Position numbers and translations under genes: made by a program. The notes under the pieces were generated by a model. The model worked only from the letters and a program-made list of their open reading frames with translations. It did not search any database and was not told the origin of the DNA. 64,000 nucleotides of DNA, taken from contig NW_002060944.1 in NCBI RefSeq assembly GCF_000150275.1, positions 5,212,123 through 5,276,122 of the forward strand. Direction: 5' to 3'. Below are positions 11,717 to 26,437 of the stretch, in pieces. Each line of letters opens with the position of its first letter. The stretch's first letter is position 1. This DNA is from Trichoplax adhaerens (lineage: Eukaryota; Animalia; Placozoa).

Positions 11717-14175
11717 TAGTTTTATCATGAGAGGATAGTCTGGGCCGGTATACCGGCGCACATTAACATTCAATAATAAACATAGCGATGCTGACCTTGC
11801 CACTGCATTTCATTGCATGTGTTATACTATGCGATCCCTTACGAATTTTCGATAATGCAATGTTTTGGATCAATTTTGTAAAAATTGTTCCAAAATGCAT
11901 AGTTATCATACATACGTTCGAAGTAAAGTCCATAATAATGATTGGTATTTTGTAGGCATTTTATTCATAATTTTTACCATTCAGATATATCAAATGAAAG
12001 GGATCGCATTGCAAGCATGGGCTGGCAGTCTGGCACATGCGGAATATGATACGTGATTAGGCCTCGCATAGCCCATCCCAGTACAGTGATCTCAAAGTAA
12101 ATAAATACGTCTACAAAACATGATAGTTTTTAGCTTACGTCAATAGATCAATTCTGTTTCCAGTGGGTATAGACTATAGACAATAGCTTACTGTATCTTA
12201 ATCCTATAAGCGATTACGGAATTTAATAGCTATAGTAATGCAAAAGTTGTCAAATTTCTACTCTACTGACAGACAGTACTAGCACTGGAACTTACCCAAC
12301 AGTCTTATTATCTGAATGTTCTTGTAGACTGAATTAGAGAAACGAGCTAAAAAATTCCTTTTTTAGTCTACATATGCAAATGATCTGAATGTTCTACCAT
12401 AAGTAAAGCAAATTTACAGTGGCTTTATTGGTTATTTATTTCAGCCATGATCTTGCTAGAATTTCCAAGTGGTAGTATTTTATTAACTTGTGTACGGGAA
12501 ATGGTCATTGCTTTGAGTAGTTTCAATACAAGTATGAGTAAGCAAAGATTAACATGACCCACCCACTAAAAGTTCAAGAATTAGCTGAAAATTTCAACAA
12601 CGCAAGTGCGATATCTGCGTTAGAATTGTACGTAGCATAATCATCTGCTAGTGATCGGTATACAGCAATATCTCAAAGGCTACACCCAAATATATGAACA
12701 TTGTCAAAACAGGAATTAAGTTGTTCTCGTAACGGATCTAGAACTTAATTTATTGATGTTCTATAATGACCTTGATTAATGTATAGCCGGTAATTCGTTG
12801 TAGTTATCAATACTGCAGTATAAAATAGAACCATTCATTGACTATGGTTTTGAAATGACGTTCGTAGACAATTACAGCTCGAGGGTATCAATATGATTAT
12901 TTGAATCCATCTAATTGCATGTGTATTTGTTCATATATACATAAGCAAGACGTCACATTACCCAGCATGATACTTTTCAAATTACAACGTATAATAGTCA
13001 AGACATGAAATGTTATGCTGCAAGTATTCTCTATTTTCATGTTAAACTAGCTGACTAGAAATAATGTCTACAAGCATTGTTGTATACGTAATATATTTGT
13101 ATTCCATTATTAGGTATTCTATCTTGCACTTTTCTATTCTAAAGATTAAATCGAATAGACACTAATAAAAGCTCTCCTCTAAGTTATAGGATGATAAGAG
13201 TGATGGAATGATACAAACAATTGAATGACTAAACTAAATAATTTCTCTCTGTTAATGACTAAATGGGCTGAAATAATTAGAATCTGATGTAGCACTAATT
13301 ATAACATAATATCAATTGACGCTATACTACCATAGAATTTTAAACGGATTTAATGTAGTTGATATCTCACACAAGAGCTTAATATCAAATCTAACCGAGA
13401 AATTCCGTAATTCCTGCTCCATAAATAATAAAATGGCAGTTTTGTATTCTCTAACGAAATGCAAATTTTAGAATTACAATCCTGAAATTATCTATCAGGA
13501 GTAATGACCTTGAATTTATCAATGAATAACTGATGTATAATCTAAGAAAGGTCTAAGATAATTATAACAACTACCTTCAAAAAATCAGTATTTACTTGGT
13601 GTTATTTACGTATCAATTATTCATTACGGGTTAATCAATTGTCCAATATTAAATATGTATTGTAAAATGCTAAAGGATTTATTGAATGCACATGTTTGGC
13701 CTGTAAAAATTTAAAATGAGTGACGAAAATAACTTGGATTGATGGCACTTAATTTAGAGTCAAACTAAATATAAATTCATTAAGTTAAGTCGATACAGCG
13801 TCTATTATGTTGATAACTTCTACCTTCTGATCTGTCCCAACTTAATCCAATCCTGTCACATCCTATAATCAACTTTCTAAAGTAGCAATTCCAAAATAGC
13901 TAATTCTATAAAAGCACTTAACAACCCGATCGTAATGTTTTGTATTAATAATGTTTATGATCTTAAGATGCTTACATGGAGTTAGAATTCACTCAGAAAC
14001 TATAGACAAAATATATTTACTACTATTTCTGTAGCATTTAGAAGATTCCTTAGATATTTTTACTACTATGTATAGGTTGCTGCAGAGGATTAACGTTACT
14101 GCTGCAAGTTCACTACACTGATAGCTAATCATATTTATAAATTTCCTCTGATAGGCATTTTAATAGTATAACATC

Positions 14176-17100
14176 ATGGCTGAAACTTCTTTCCAGTATC
14201 AAGATTCCTTACCACACTTGCCTGTACCGAAATTACAAGACACGTTACAGAGGTACTTGAGATCAGTACAAGCCATCGTTAGTGATGATCAGTATAGCAA
14301 AACCAAAGAAATCGTTGAAGAATTTGGAAAATCAGGCGGGTTAGGTGAAAAATTGACCCAAAAATTGAAAGAAAGAGCAAAGACTCACGATAATTGGGTG
14401 AGCAACATCACCATAGTTGCTACCATAACTAATAGCCATAGACCTAAATAATGTTAATATTGCTATATTATAGAACAATTGACCTAAAAGTCGAGCGTAC
14501 TAATGAATTACTTAAAATTAAAAAGAGTTAATAAATAACCACTTCTACTGCAAAATTGCTCGTAATAAAATTTATACGATTTTTTAATATTAATCTAGGT
14601 AGATGATTTTTGGATACGATATGCATATTTGTCCGTTAGAGAACCTCTAATGATAAAATGTTCGCCAGTGCTTTCCATAATTTATCGACCAGTTCAGACT
14701 GTAGATGAGCAATTAAGGTAAATAAGAGAACGAAAAGCGTTCTTTGCTATTTACTGTTTTCTAATTGTAGCTACGCGCATATTATAATTATAATCAATTT
14801 AAATAAGTAAATATCTTTCAATTAACATGAAGCGAATGAAAAGTTTAGTTTGTATTGTAAATTTTACATTTTAGCAAAGTGATGCATACGGTAATGTATT
14901 AGTCGTACATGCTATTAATGATGTAGTGCATTAGTCATAGATGCAATTTGTTCTATGATATACTATAATGTAGTATATGCAGATTTTTATTGAGAAAGTT
15001 AGAATATAATGTAGTGAATATATCATAACATGTAAATGTAACATAGCTAAATATATGAATCCTAGAAGATTCACTAACTTGAATATTATACTACTTGTAG
15101 TAAACTTCGAGTACTTTCAAGGAATCTGTAAAACCATTATAATTCATATTACTACAATCTACTCACGACGTATTTTGTATATTTCACCTGTAGAATAGAT
15201 GACACATATTACAATGTTAATATACTGACATTTATTAACTAGGCTTGCAGCCAAAGTTCTTTTTGGAATACTGCAACATAACCACGCAATTCAATCGTAA
15301 GTTATTAATACTTGACTATAGATGCTAAAACAAGCTAAATTGTCCCTTCTCATTATTTATTAATTGAAATTTATATGGATACCTAGCGTACAGTTACAAA
15401 TCAGTAGATAAATTTACATTAATAATAATAAGATACAATAAATAGTATTTTAAATAAGTGTATGCAAATACTAATGGTAGCGTTTTAAATTTAGGGAAAC
15501 ATTACCAGTTGATAAAGTTGCCGGCCGTGCTATATGTATGAGCCAATATAAGAAAATTTTTAATGGCTATCGTATTCCGGGAGAGAAATTGGACTCCGCT
15601 GCAACGTTTACCGCCGAAAATCCACAACCATCAAATTTGATTGTTGCTTACAAGGATCAGGTAGAATAGTAGAATATTTTAACCGATAGTTTAACATTTC
15701 AAGAACTACGCTTTATTCTCCAACAGATACAATTTTATTTGTTCACATATCAGATTTTTCGTTTTATATGGCATATAAACGAATTAATATCTAATTTTAT
15801 TGAAATGTTTGTCCGCGCGCTACAAAATAGTTTTTCAGCGTTGACGTTATTAAAGACGGCAAGTTTCTTACGGTAGCAGATATTTATGGGATATTTAAAG
15901 AAATTACCGAGAAACACCAAGATAGAGGAAAAGGTGTAGGCGTTTTTACTGCTATCAATCGTGATTCGTGTTTCGAAGCTTATACTGAATTAATGAAAGG
16001 TAACGGTTTATTTCTGACATACATTATATATGTTTTCTATAATAATAATATTCGTTTCTTATAAAAGCCCTAGCTGTGCTTTAAGTGAAGTATTATGCTT
16101 ATTAACTATTTTTGATACAGATAAGACGAATGCCAATAATCTGGAGAAGATTATCAAAAGCCTTTTTGTTCTAGCTATCGAATCTCATGAATTGGGCGCA
16201 GAAACAGATGACGGAAATCAAATCAAAGCTAAGAAGCCGATATCAACAATTTGTAAACAGTTACTTACGGGCTGTGGCATAGAAGGCGACGCTTGTAACA
16301 GGTGGTACGATAAAAGGCTACAGGTAAATAAAGCCCTAGTAACCAGCTGTTGGTTATATTGTTCACAGTGAAATCAGATAGCTATTTTTGTTTAAATTTA
16401 ATAGATCACAGTTGGAATTGATGGATCTGTTACACTTATCGGAGAACATTCCGCAATTGATGGTACTGCAGTTCTTGAGTTGTGCAAACAAATCATACAG
16501 ACGTCGTAAGTTTATGTTACGCCTTTATTGTAGTAAAGTAGTGAGAGGTAGTTAAACTTGAATAATTCTTTGGCGCCAAAAAATTAAGGATAATGTTAAT
16601 TAAATAGGGAATCATTGCATTATATGATGAATTTATTATGCTACTGGATAGAGATAATAATGTATATTTGTTGAGTTGCAGATTTATAATTTTACTATAT
16701 TTCGTGCTTGCTTTAATAATCACTAATTAATTACATGCATTTAGTCAAGGGACTGTCTATGGTAATAGTAACAACCAAAATTTTGTTTCATCTGAATTAT
16801 TTCATAGCATATACAGTATTTATATGATAAATTAGTACTTAAGTTCGAAGCTTTATGGCAACCGTGCAATAAAAATAATTTTAAAAACTTTTAGAGGTTG
16901 TCCCGATAATGATTTAAAACCGACAGAGCTACCATCTATACAAAAGTTAGAATGGAATCTCAACGAGAATCTAGAAAATCGAATCCGGAAAGGAAAAGTA
17001 GAAGCTGCTTCGTGAGTATTATTACTTCTCTGTTAACAGTGGATGACACATAGCTAAATCCTTTGATAAAGATGTGGCCATGAGAAATTGAGTAATGGTG

Positions 17101-18283
17101 TTTTCAATTTTTGTTCGTTATGATTAGCACTATCAATGATATCAGCGTCGAGATTTTAAAATGGGAAGAATATGGCAAAGAATTTATTAAATCGCAGAAA
17201 ATGAGCCCTGACAGTTTTATGCAAATATTATTTCAAGTTGCATACTACAAGTAAGTGTACCTGCCCGATTATTGTTTACTCCAACATAAGTGTATTAGAA
17301 AGATTATATTGTAGGATTGTATTGACTGAGGTAAGTTTGATACAGAGTTCACAAAGAAATAGCATCGCAGTACGAAAGCGGAGCAACCAAATTATTTCTA
17401 CTTGGAAGAACAGAAGTTATTCGGTCAACGTCTGTAGAATCTGTGGAATTTATTAACGCATTTCTATCAGATTCTGTCTCGGTTAGTGGCTATATTTTAA
17501 GTAAATAGCTTATCTTTAAATAGGTTGCATAACAATGATGAACGGTTTCCAATGACAAGTTTTCCATTGTAACAGAATGATCAGAAGAAAGCGCTTTTTA
17601 GGAAGGCGGTAGAAGTGCACAAAAAATATGCCTTACAGGTACCATACTTTTTGCGGTTTTTATCAAACTAAGTTAACTCTATTATGCTAATGAATATAGT
17701 CCGTATGCAAGCTCGATACCTTACTTGTAATACCATAATGATATTTTTCTATATCAAATTTATACTTAGCGTTTGCTTTATAGTCGAGCAATTATTGTTT
17801 TGCTAATTTAGGCTAGTATGGGTCAAGGCTGGGATCGCCACCTGTTTGGAATGAAGATTTGGGCGTTAGAAAATGGAATGGAGACACCAGCAATATTTAG
17901 TGACCCCACTTACAATACTCTAAGCCAATTTAAGCTTTCAACTAGTCAAGTAAGTACGGTTTAAATACGTAAATGCCTACATAAAATTTCCCTGCTCAAT
18001 TGCTTTTATTCTTTCCAAGGTAGTTGTTACTCATATTCTCTAATGTGCTTTGTTATCTATCATTTATTGTTGATATGTACAGGTAACGCTTCCAACAGAT
18101 ACTTCAGTGGCATGTTTTGCACCAGTCGTTGAGGATGGTTATGGTATATCTTACAATATTAGTTCCAATTTTTTCATTGTCTCAGTTACATCTTTTAACT
18201 CTTGTTCAAAAACAAGCGCTACCGAATTCTATAATGCGCTAATACAAACTCTGAATGGCATTAAGCTACTATTGGAAAGTTAA
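14176..18283 (+). CDS. CRAT: Choline/carnitine acyltransferase family, carnitine O-acetyltransferase-like, 13 exons
   Basis: LPHLPVPKLQDTLQRYL N-terminal motif, NRWYDK, catalytic EHSAIDG, SPDSFMQ, YESGATKLFLLGRTEVIR, GWDRHLFG, LSTSQ, FAPVVEDGYGISY. Approximate exons 14176-14397, 14599-14717, 15243-15297, 15495-15660, 15831-15999, 16121-16323, 16405-16505, 16895-17011, 17128-17250, 17346-17481, 17576-17638, 17812-17949, 18083-18283. The family is certain; CRAT orthology is likely but not proven. Confidence 0.9.
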
Positions 18284-20021
18284 TTATGGACTGAATTTCG
18301 AACGGTACCGAGTAGTACCCATTTCCCTTTTAATCTAGAAATAAAATCTAGCATAAATGCCCAACAGAGATAAATGCAATGTCTATCAAGAGCTAATACT
18401 ACTGATTATAATACGATCATCTGTCCTAAGTTTCTTATTTGTAATTAGATATAATAGACACTTCAATTTTATGTTAGCTATCTGACGTATTGATTATGCA
18501 ATAGATATATTACGCAAATTTATGGTCTACAGTATTAAAGTCATTGATCTTTTAATCTTAGCCCATTGTATTTCCACGTTTCAAATAGGTTAGAATAGAT
18601 GATAGTCTCAGCATTTTGAAATAGCGGCATCTGATTTATTATGTTTTTGCTTGAAAGATATTTGATCCGAAAATAGATTTGTAGAAATGTACGTAGCCAT
18701 CTACATTAATACCGTATGTAATTATAGCACTGCTAATAGCACTGTAGCTGTATGATGGAATGACATATATGGAAGATTTTAGTATATCATTTATGTCTTC
18801 TGGGTATCTGGAGTAGTGACATGATAATCTGTATGTTAAATCGTTCTTTAGTTACGCTATGAATAAACAGGATGAGATTTCATAAGTTAACTTGATTTCC
18901 TCCTTCATGATTTATGGAAACTTCACTGTAGAGCCAATATAGCTTAAATAGGCATTTATTAGGAGATACATTTGTATATTTAAAGGCTGAATGTCAATCT
19001 TTGTGTGCATAATATTTCTTCATATATAAGGAGTGACTTTAACAGTAGACAATTAATTAATTATTATTACAATATAAATTTGATAAATTCGATATATAGT
19101 ATCCAGAATAATATAGGTTACATTACTAAAGTGCATGTGATATGGTACATTTAAATTACAGCAGTGATTATTTTGCTGTTTGATGGCTTACCGAGCAGAA
19201 CATTGGAATGTTTGATAAAACGTAATTCTATTTTATGTTGAGAATTGAGGCGCTACTTTTGAGCAATTAGTAAGTGATAATTTGTTATTATAGTTTCCGG
19301 ATTAATGAAATTAAATGGAACATGTATCTAAGTCCTAGATGTTGCATACAATACATTAGCATTTGCTTAATTACTGATATTTGCCTTCAACATCAAAATT
19401 CTAGCTGTAAAACAATTCCAAAATGAAAATAGTCTCATAAACGTAGGTAGTCTCTCAGATGATATTTAATTTAATCAAACATCATAAAAGTAATACATAG
19501 TACTTTTTTACTTGTTTCACATGGTACAGTTAAAGTAGGAAGATTATTTTAATAATCGGAATCGTAAAGATTATAGTTAGAAATGATAATAGTAATATAA
19601 ATAACCTAAATTATAGTATATTACAAAATCCTTAGTATCGCAAAATATGCTGAATAAAGATAAACTTCATCATATTAACATACCCATCGCATCAAATTTT
19701 GAAAACTACTTTAATTTGAATACTGTACTGCTTATTCCACATCGTTATTAATACATAACAATAATTATTTATATATGTATAGATAGATAATTAAATAGAA
19801 TAATTATATAGGAATTAATGTCATCTATATTTGGCTTTTCAATAAAGTTTATATAAATAAATTTATCAAAATTTATAGTATAATTATATGAAACTGAATA
19901 GAATAAATTATACATTTGTTCATTGAGTTCTGATTAATTTCTATAAATTATAGAAAGTAAACCATCTTAAAAAACTAATGGTTATAGCTTTATCTTCTCA
20001 AGCCCATCAGGAAATACTCAT

Positions 20022-23000
20022 TTAACTCCAAAATAGATTTCTTTTCATCTCTTCGATATCTAATTTTAAGCTAGCAATTTCTCTATAATTAAAGATAAAA
20101 ATAAGGTTTAGTTAATTTATAAATATGACGTATGGCATTTGAAGTTAGTAAGATATTTTAACCCATTATCAACTTAATTTAAGGTAAAAGTATAGTACAA
20201 AGATTGATTGATTATTCTTGTCTCTAGATGATGATTGTAATTTCTACCATCATACATACATACGAGTTTACCTTTCAAGGCGGGATGAACTTGATGTTAA
20301 TTTAGCAACTTGATGATCTTGTGATAGCTCGCCCCGATCTAAGGTATAATTGTATTCATCCAATTCATGTTTATGACTATAATCTAGATGATGAATAGGA
20401 TTGTCATCGTCTAATGCATCCTTTGATGTGCTATAATTATAATCATTATCAAGCATTAATTTATGATCAGTTGAGTTAGAGGAATGACGAGAATGTTTAT
20501 TTCTTGATCGATGTTGCCAAGATTTTGCATGTTTTTTACTTCTTCGATGGCTCCAACGATAATAATCATCATCGGAATCGCTATAATCGCTAAGGTACAA
20601 TTCTTCAATTAAATCATTAATATACTTTGTTTTTATATTTAAAAGAGGACTTGAACGCCACAATGACTTGTCTTGGCTTCTATAATTACTAGCATATAAA
20701 TTGTTGTTGGAAGAGCTAACTGTATTTACATCATCGGACAGGCTAGTTGATTCATTGATAGAAGATGAAACTGAAGGATCAGATCGATAAAAGTTAGAAG
20801 AGCTTGAACGAGAATATTGATATTTTTCTTCATTCCGTTGATCGACTCCATTACGATTTTTGTTAATTGTCTGTGATTCATTAAAATTGTTATTCTCATC
20901 GATATGATAGTTTGCGAGATTCCGTCTATTTCCAATATCTGCATTAATAGATTCTATATCCTGATCTTTCGCGATCTTTTCATTTTCCAATAGATTATAA
21001 TGGATTTCATCACCGTACTCATGACTCTTGGTGATATCTGCATTACGATGTGGGAAATTTGAAGGAGGGGATGGTCTATTAGAAACATCTAGCAAGTAAC
21101 TACTTTCTGCTAAAATCTTATGATTATCATTGGGTTTCGAAAAGCTATCATAGCCAATTTCAATATTACTACCATCCATCTGTCTAGCTATAATATCTCT
21201 CGCTAATAATGCTGGATCAGAGAAATCAGGTAAGTGCTCGCTCATTAATTCCGCTTGATCAACATCTTCTGATGCTAAATCTATCGAATCTAGAAAGCTA
21301 GGATCATCATTACGATGATATTTGTAGCTAGTAATATATTGGTCGCTTAATAACTTGCTATTAGAATAATAGAATATATTTTCGTCTGCTAGCTTATTTA
21401 CTCCATCAGTTAATATATTAGATATTGGTAGTAATGGACTATTATGGTCGATCTAAGTCTTCTTCTACATTTCTGCTATAATTTGACTGAGCTATAGCCT
21501 CTGGATCTGGTTGTAATGTAGGATAATGATCATTAAAGCATGAGTTTATACTAGAATTGAAAGACCTCTCGCGATTCTCCTTTGTAATACTTCTATCATC
21601 AATCATAACTTCAGTCGAGTCAAGCGGTCTTCGAGCATATGGCTGACGAACTTCTTGGTAGTTAAAATGATATTGATCGCCATCACTTAATTCAAACCTA
21701 TTTGTTCGCTCCTTCTCCATTGATATCAAATTACTGTTAAGCGATTTCATTCTGTGATGATTATTTTCTATATCATGAGTAAAATCATCGTTTAATCTTA
21801 AATCATCGCGTAAATAACGCATTTCCTGTCGCAGTACAGACTGATCTACTACTTCATTATCTTCAGCTTGATTATTTATTTGAATCAGATCATTCGGATT
21901 ACTGATGCCATCAGTAGCATTCCACACAATATCCTAATTAATATTATATCGAATATAGGTTAATAATAGTTATAGAATATATTTTTAAATAATATTTCTT
22001 ACAATCGTGATTACTGGCAATCTAATTACTTCAATAACTTCTATTCACTTACCGTAATAATGCTGCTATCGTCTAACGAAATATCAGACCAACGGTCTTT
22101 TACTTTTCGATAGAATGCAATATTATCATCATCATTATTAATATGGACGGATTGAATATCAACATGGTCGTCTTCATACCCGTGGTCATCAATTACCAGA
22201 CCATTTCTGTCACTTTGTAAAGAATGTTGAACTACACTGATATTAAGGTTATGAGCGTCATCGGAGGGTGATGAAGGAGAAGGAATAGGTAACTTTGTGT
22301 ATCGATTTTGATCATCATCTACCACGTTACTTGCTTGGCCTAAAGTTCCCGGTATACTGGCACTTCCATCATGCAAAGTGGTTACATCTTCAGATTTAGA
22401 AGAGGAAACAGACTCATTTCTTTCTTTTATCTCTAATGCTATAGTATCGGCATTAATTTGCGAATTTTGATCTGTCTGACTCTCTACTTCATGTATTACT
22501 GCAGGTACAGGATCTTTATTTTCGTCTTCATTCTTGAAACTTTCCTATGGGATAGGATCAATAACAGACTTTGAGCTAAAAATACAAATGACTAATAAAG
22601 ATCGCTATTTTCCTCTTCATTCTTGATGCTTTCCTATATGATAGGATCAATCACCAACTACGGGCTAAAAATACAAATGTTTTATAAAGATCGATATTTT
22701 CTTTATACGATCAATTATATTTCTAAGTATGTCTTTACCTCAGTAGCAGATTCTGGTGAATTTGCCTCTAATTTTTGCGTGGATGTATTCGACTTTATAT
22801 CATTTTGAGAACTAGCATTATTTTCTTCGTCTGTTTGGCAGTTAATTAGCGTAGAATCACGATATTTGATTACTTGATGCTCCTGAGATTCAGTGTCTTT
22901 ACTCATGCTTTGCTGGTCAAAAGGTTTTACTGTTTTATCAGATTGAATTGATTGCTCAGAGCTTCCATATTTTCTATCTTCATCGGCAGATGTAATTTGT

Positions 23001-24516
23001 TGATTATTAAGAGGAGATTCTCTCTCATAGCTATTAGTTTGATAATCCTGATTTTGGTTATTTTCAGCATTCATGTCGTGATCACTGGACTGTTTAATAC
23101 GGCTAGTTTCTTCATCATCTTTACTAGTAGGTATTTCTTCGGATATTCCTGACGAGTCATCACTTAAAGCTCTGCTTATTAAAAACGATCACCTGCTATA
23201 GCCCTCCCAGCCAATGAAAATTATTCAATTGATCATTAATAGACTTACTTAATTGCTTGTTGAATCTTCTCTTCGTATTCACTACCTTCAGAACTATCAT
23301 GAGAGCTTAGTTCTACTGAATAATTATCATCATTATCATCGTCACTGTAATTATTAGAAGATAAGAAAATCGCATTATAAAAAAGCTTACGAGATAATGT
23401 TCCTTCTCCTCATATAGCAGAAAGCAGTTTTACTTACTGATTAGTTCGCCTATCTGCTAAGGTTTGTGATCTATCAATCTCAGTAAAGATGTGTACCAAC
23501 TTCTGCTTTAATTCAGCAACCTAAATAGTGAATCAATTAAAAAAGATGACCTGAGGGAATATTAACAGATGGACTGAAATAAGCAAAGTAGTGATGATTT
23601 TACATGTGCAATTGGTAATATTATTACCTCGATATCGACATCAGTATCTTCAGATGTAATAGGAGTTGCTACATCATGGATAAATCTGATATATGCCGTA
23701 CGGTAATAAATATATGTATTATAACGAAAAATGTTGTACATATTTACTTTGACGATTTGGATTATAGACGATAATTCACGATACAGAAAATGAAAGCTAG
23801 ACGATTAATTTTTGACTACATAATTTAAATCGGAGATTTAACGAATTCAGAAGTAACGTGATATAATCTCTAATATAATAAATAAATGATAATACAGTTT
23901 CTAAATTATAGCTTAGATTTAAGAACATAAATCCTAAGACAATTCAATATGATCACAAATGTCCACTAATGATAGGGATTGCAGTACAGTTAGATAACTA
24001 TTGGATAGTGCTGGCTGTGGTGGAACAAAATGTACCTTTTCTGCTCAAGAGTATGAATTATATTTAAAAAAATATTATTTTATAGATTAAGGTAAGAAAT
24101 TAATTTAATGACTAATGAGACTTTAATTTAAAATACAGTAAATTGGCAAGGGTATCAAGCTTTGTTTGCTAATCTATCGAGAGGTAAGATGGATGGAAAG
24201 TGGAGATCGATAACCTGCTTTCTTACCTTGCCTGAATATGGTACTGCTTATTCTGCGAATAATCGAGTACAAAATTTTCATACTTTGATTTTAATTCCAG
24301 ATAAACTAGCTTCAATTCGTCAATAGTCAGCAATCCTTGCTGGTAGAGACGGTAAACTTCATCAATTTCATGATACAGATCTTTCCCTTGAAATAGTAAT
24401 CCTAACTGCAAACTCTCTCGACTGGCTTGTGCACCAAAAGATTTCTGTAGTTCATCTTCACTACTATCATCACTGGCGTAGTAAGATGCTCGCCAAAAGC
24501 TGGTCGGAGCAGCCAT
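20022..24516 (-). CDS. Uncharacterised, largely low-complexity (D/N/S-rich) protein with short helical termini; apparent +1 frameshift near 21450
   Basis: ATG at 24516 (MAAPTSFWRASYY..), then spliceable exons near 23629-23686, 23437-23520, 23250-23345, 22739-23172, about 22050-22545 and 20272-21934, and a last exon 20022-20083 (EIASLKLDIEEMKRNLFWS*). The ORF-track pieces are collinear on one strand with GT-AG boundaries. No family recognised. Confidence 0.65.
22519..22694. repeat. About 88-bp tandem duplication spanning an intron/exon junction
   Basis: TCTTCATTCTTGA..CTTTCCTAT..GATAGGATCAAT....GCTAAAAATACAAATG....ATAAAGATCG occurs twice in tandem. Confidence 0.8.
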
Positions 24517-26147
24517 GGTGATAACCTGTAATTTTTAATAACAGCATTAGAATGAAACCATCACAAAGATTTACATGGATGGCAATGTAAATGAAATAAC
24601 ATAGTCGTTTTATCACTTTTCTTTGAAAACCAAGAATAATAGTTATATCGAATAGACTACCATTGAACTGTGACTAATTCTCCTTGATATGCTCATTTAC
24701 GATTGCTTAATGATTCTATTCTTGTTAATTTACTTTTATTCGGCAATTGGTGTAACATTCACTTAGGAAATTTTTTCGACTTAAGGTATTGTTTAGTGAT
24801 ATTTTAATTACAGTAATAGTCGATTGATATTGAGTACAATGTAATAAAACAAAACCTATCCAGATAAGGAATAACTCGATATTATAAGATGTTCATTTGT
24901 AATCCATTCCATCCACTGATATAGTAGAAGTAGAATATCATTTAACTAATTAAAGGCAAATCCTATAACCAACATCATTCTAATAATTATCACAAATACT
25001 ACTCGGTGGATTTGCTCGTAATGCATATATACACAAATCGATCTGCCTAAACGAGAAGAGGGTTCAAATGACTTCACATACTAATTTAGTCATCTATTCA
25101 TTCAGGTTCGAATAATAAATATCGAGAATGCTGAGAGGAAACAAATTTACAAGGATTAGGATTGATACTTGGGAGTAGTGATAGAGTGTGTTCATGTCAT
25201 ATCCATTCAGCCGATTAAAACTGTAAAAGTAAGATGTAACCTGACTAATTAAAAGTAAATTTTCTAACCGACACGATACTCCAGAGTTGTTTACTCCTCG
25301 ATATGACTAAGTTAGTATAGGCTATACACGAACATCAGTCCTTTTGAATAGAAAGAGGGCTCTAGATACTCCTTACGCAATATAAGAATTAAAGTTTGGA
25401 TCAATTAATATTAAGTAGGATATGGCGAAAATAACTCCTGAGTGATGAAGAATGACACTTAGGATTAGTGATATAATATTATCAGTTAATTATCAATTCC
25501 ATTAGTCAGGTTATCAGAATGATAAAGGTGAAACGTAATTTGACAAATTACAGTATAAATTTTTCTATTACGATCACTCTTGAAAATATTTCAAACACTG
25601 CTACTCTATGCCTGTATATACATGAGGATCAATTTTTTCTTTCAATCTATCTAAACACGATAAAATGAAATTTATAGCGATGAAAATGACAATATTTTAA
25701 TTTAATTACATATTGTATTCAATAAGATACAACCTTAAAATAAAATAGCATTTGATTAGTTCATTAATGATTAGTTACTTGTGGCGAATATCACTATTAG
25801 AAATGCTCAAAACATTCACGTCAGTTATTCTCTAGTCATTATCTTTCTATAGAATTTTACCTGAGATGACAGAAAAGAATCGATGAAATTAACACTTCTT
25901 GCTGCTGGTAAGTCCTGTTAATTGCGATCTTCTTCTTCAATCACGATAGAAGTCTATTGATAACTCAACTAACAACCGAGATTTGAAACAAAAATTCTAA
26001 AAATTCTTGAACTAGAATTCAAGTCCTTGGGTAGCCCATAAGATCATAAAATAATCTCTAAATGCTGGTTCAAAATTCCAATCGCCCTCAAGGATAACTT
26101 AAGTTTTAGTAGCAGACTGGCGTATAATAGAGAGGATGTTGTTCATT

Positions 26148-26287
26148 AGTGCTCAATGATAGGGTTAGTTACTATGTTCTCGCTAATTTTATAGACTACA
26201 AGATAATTTGTATCATGAGTGCTCATTGATGGGGTTAGTTTACTATGTTATCGCTATAACTTTATAGACTACAAGATAGCTTGTATC
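26148..26287. repeat. 70-bp tandem duplication
   Basis: AGTGCTCA.TGAT.GGGTTAGTT..CTATGTT.TCGCTA..TTTATAGACTACAAGATA..TTGTATC starts at 26148 and 26218. Confidence 0.85.
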
Positions 26288-26437
26288 TTATCTAGCGGCT
26301 TGACAAGTTTTATCGTCTGGTCAATAACTTTGTAGCCAATCAGCGCACAGAATTAAGCTGACGTAGGATTCATCGCTGAAATTCGACCTTGTATATAATG
26401 TTGTACTCAATTACGCATGCTTTAACAGCAATCATTG

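Noticed and set aside
14176-18283. Choline acetyltransferase in a possibly nerveless animal
   Set aside because: Substrate-site motifs are carnitine-type (GRTE, DRHL), not ChAT-type (GRVDN, DNHL).
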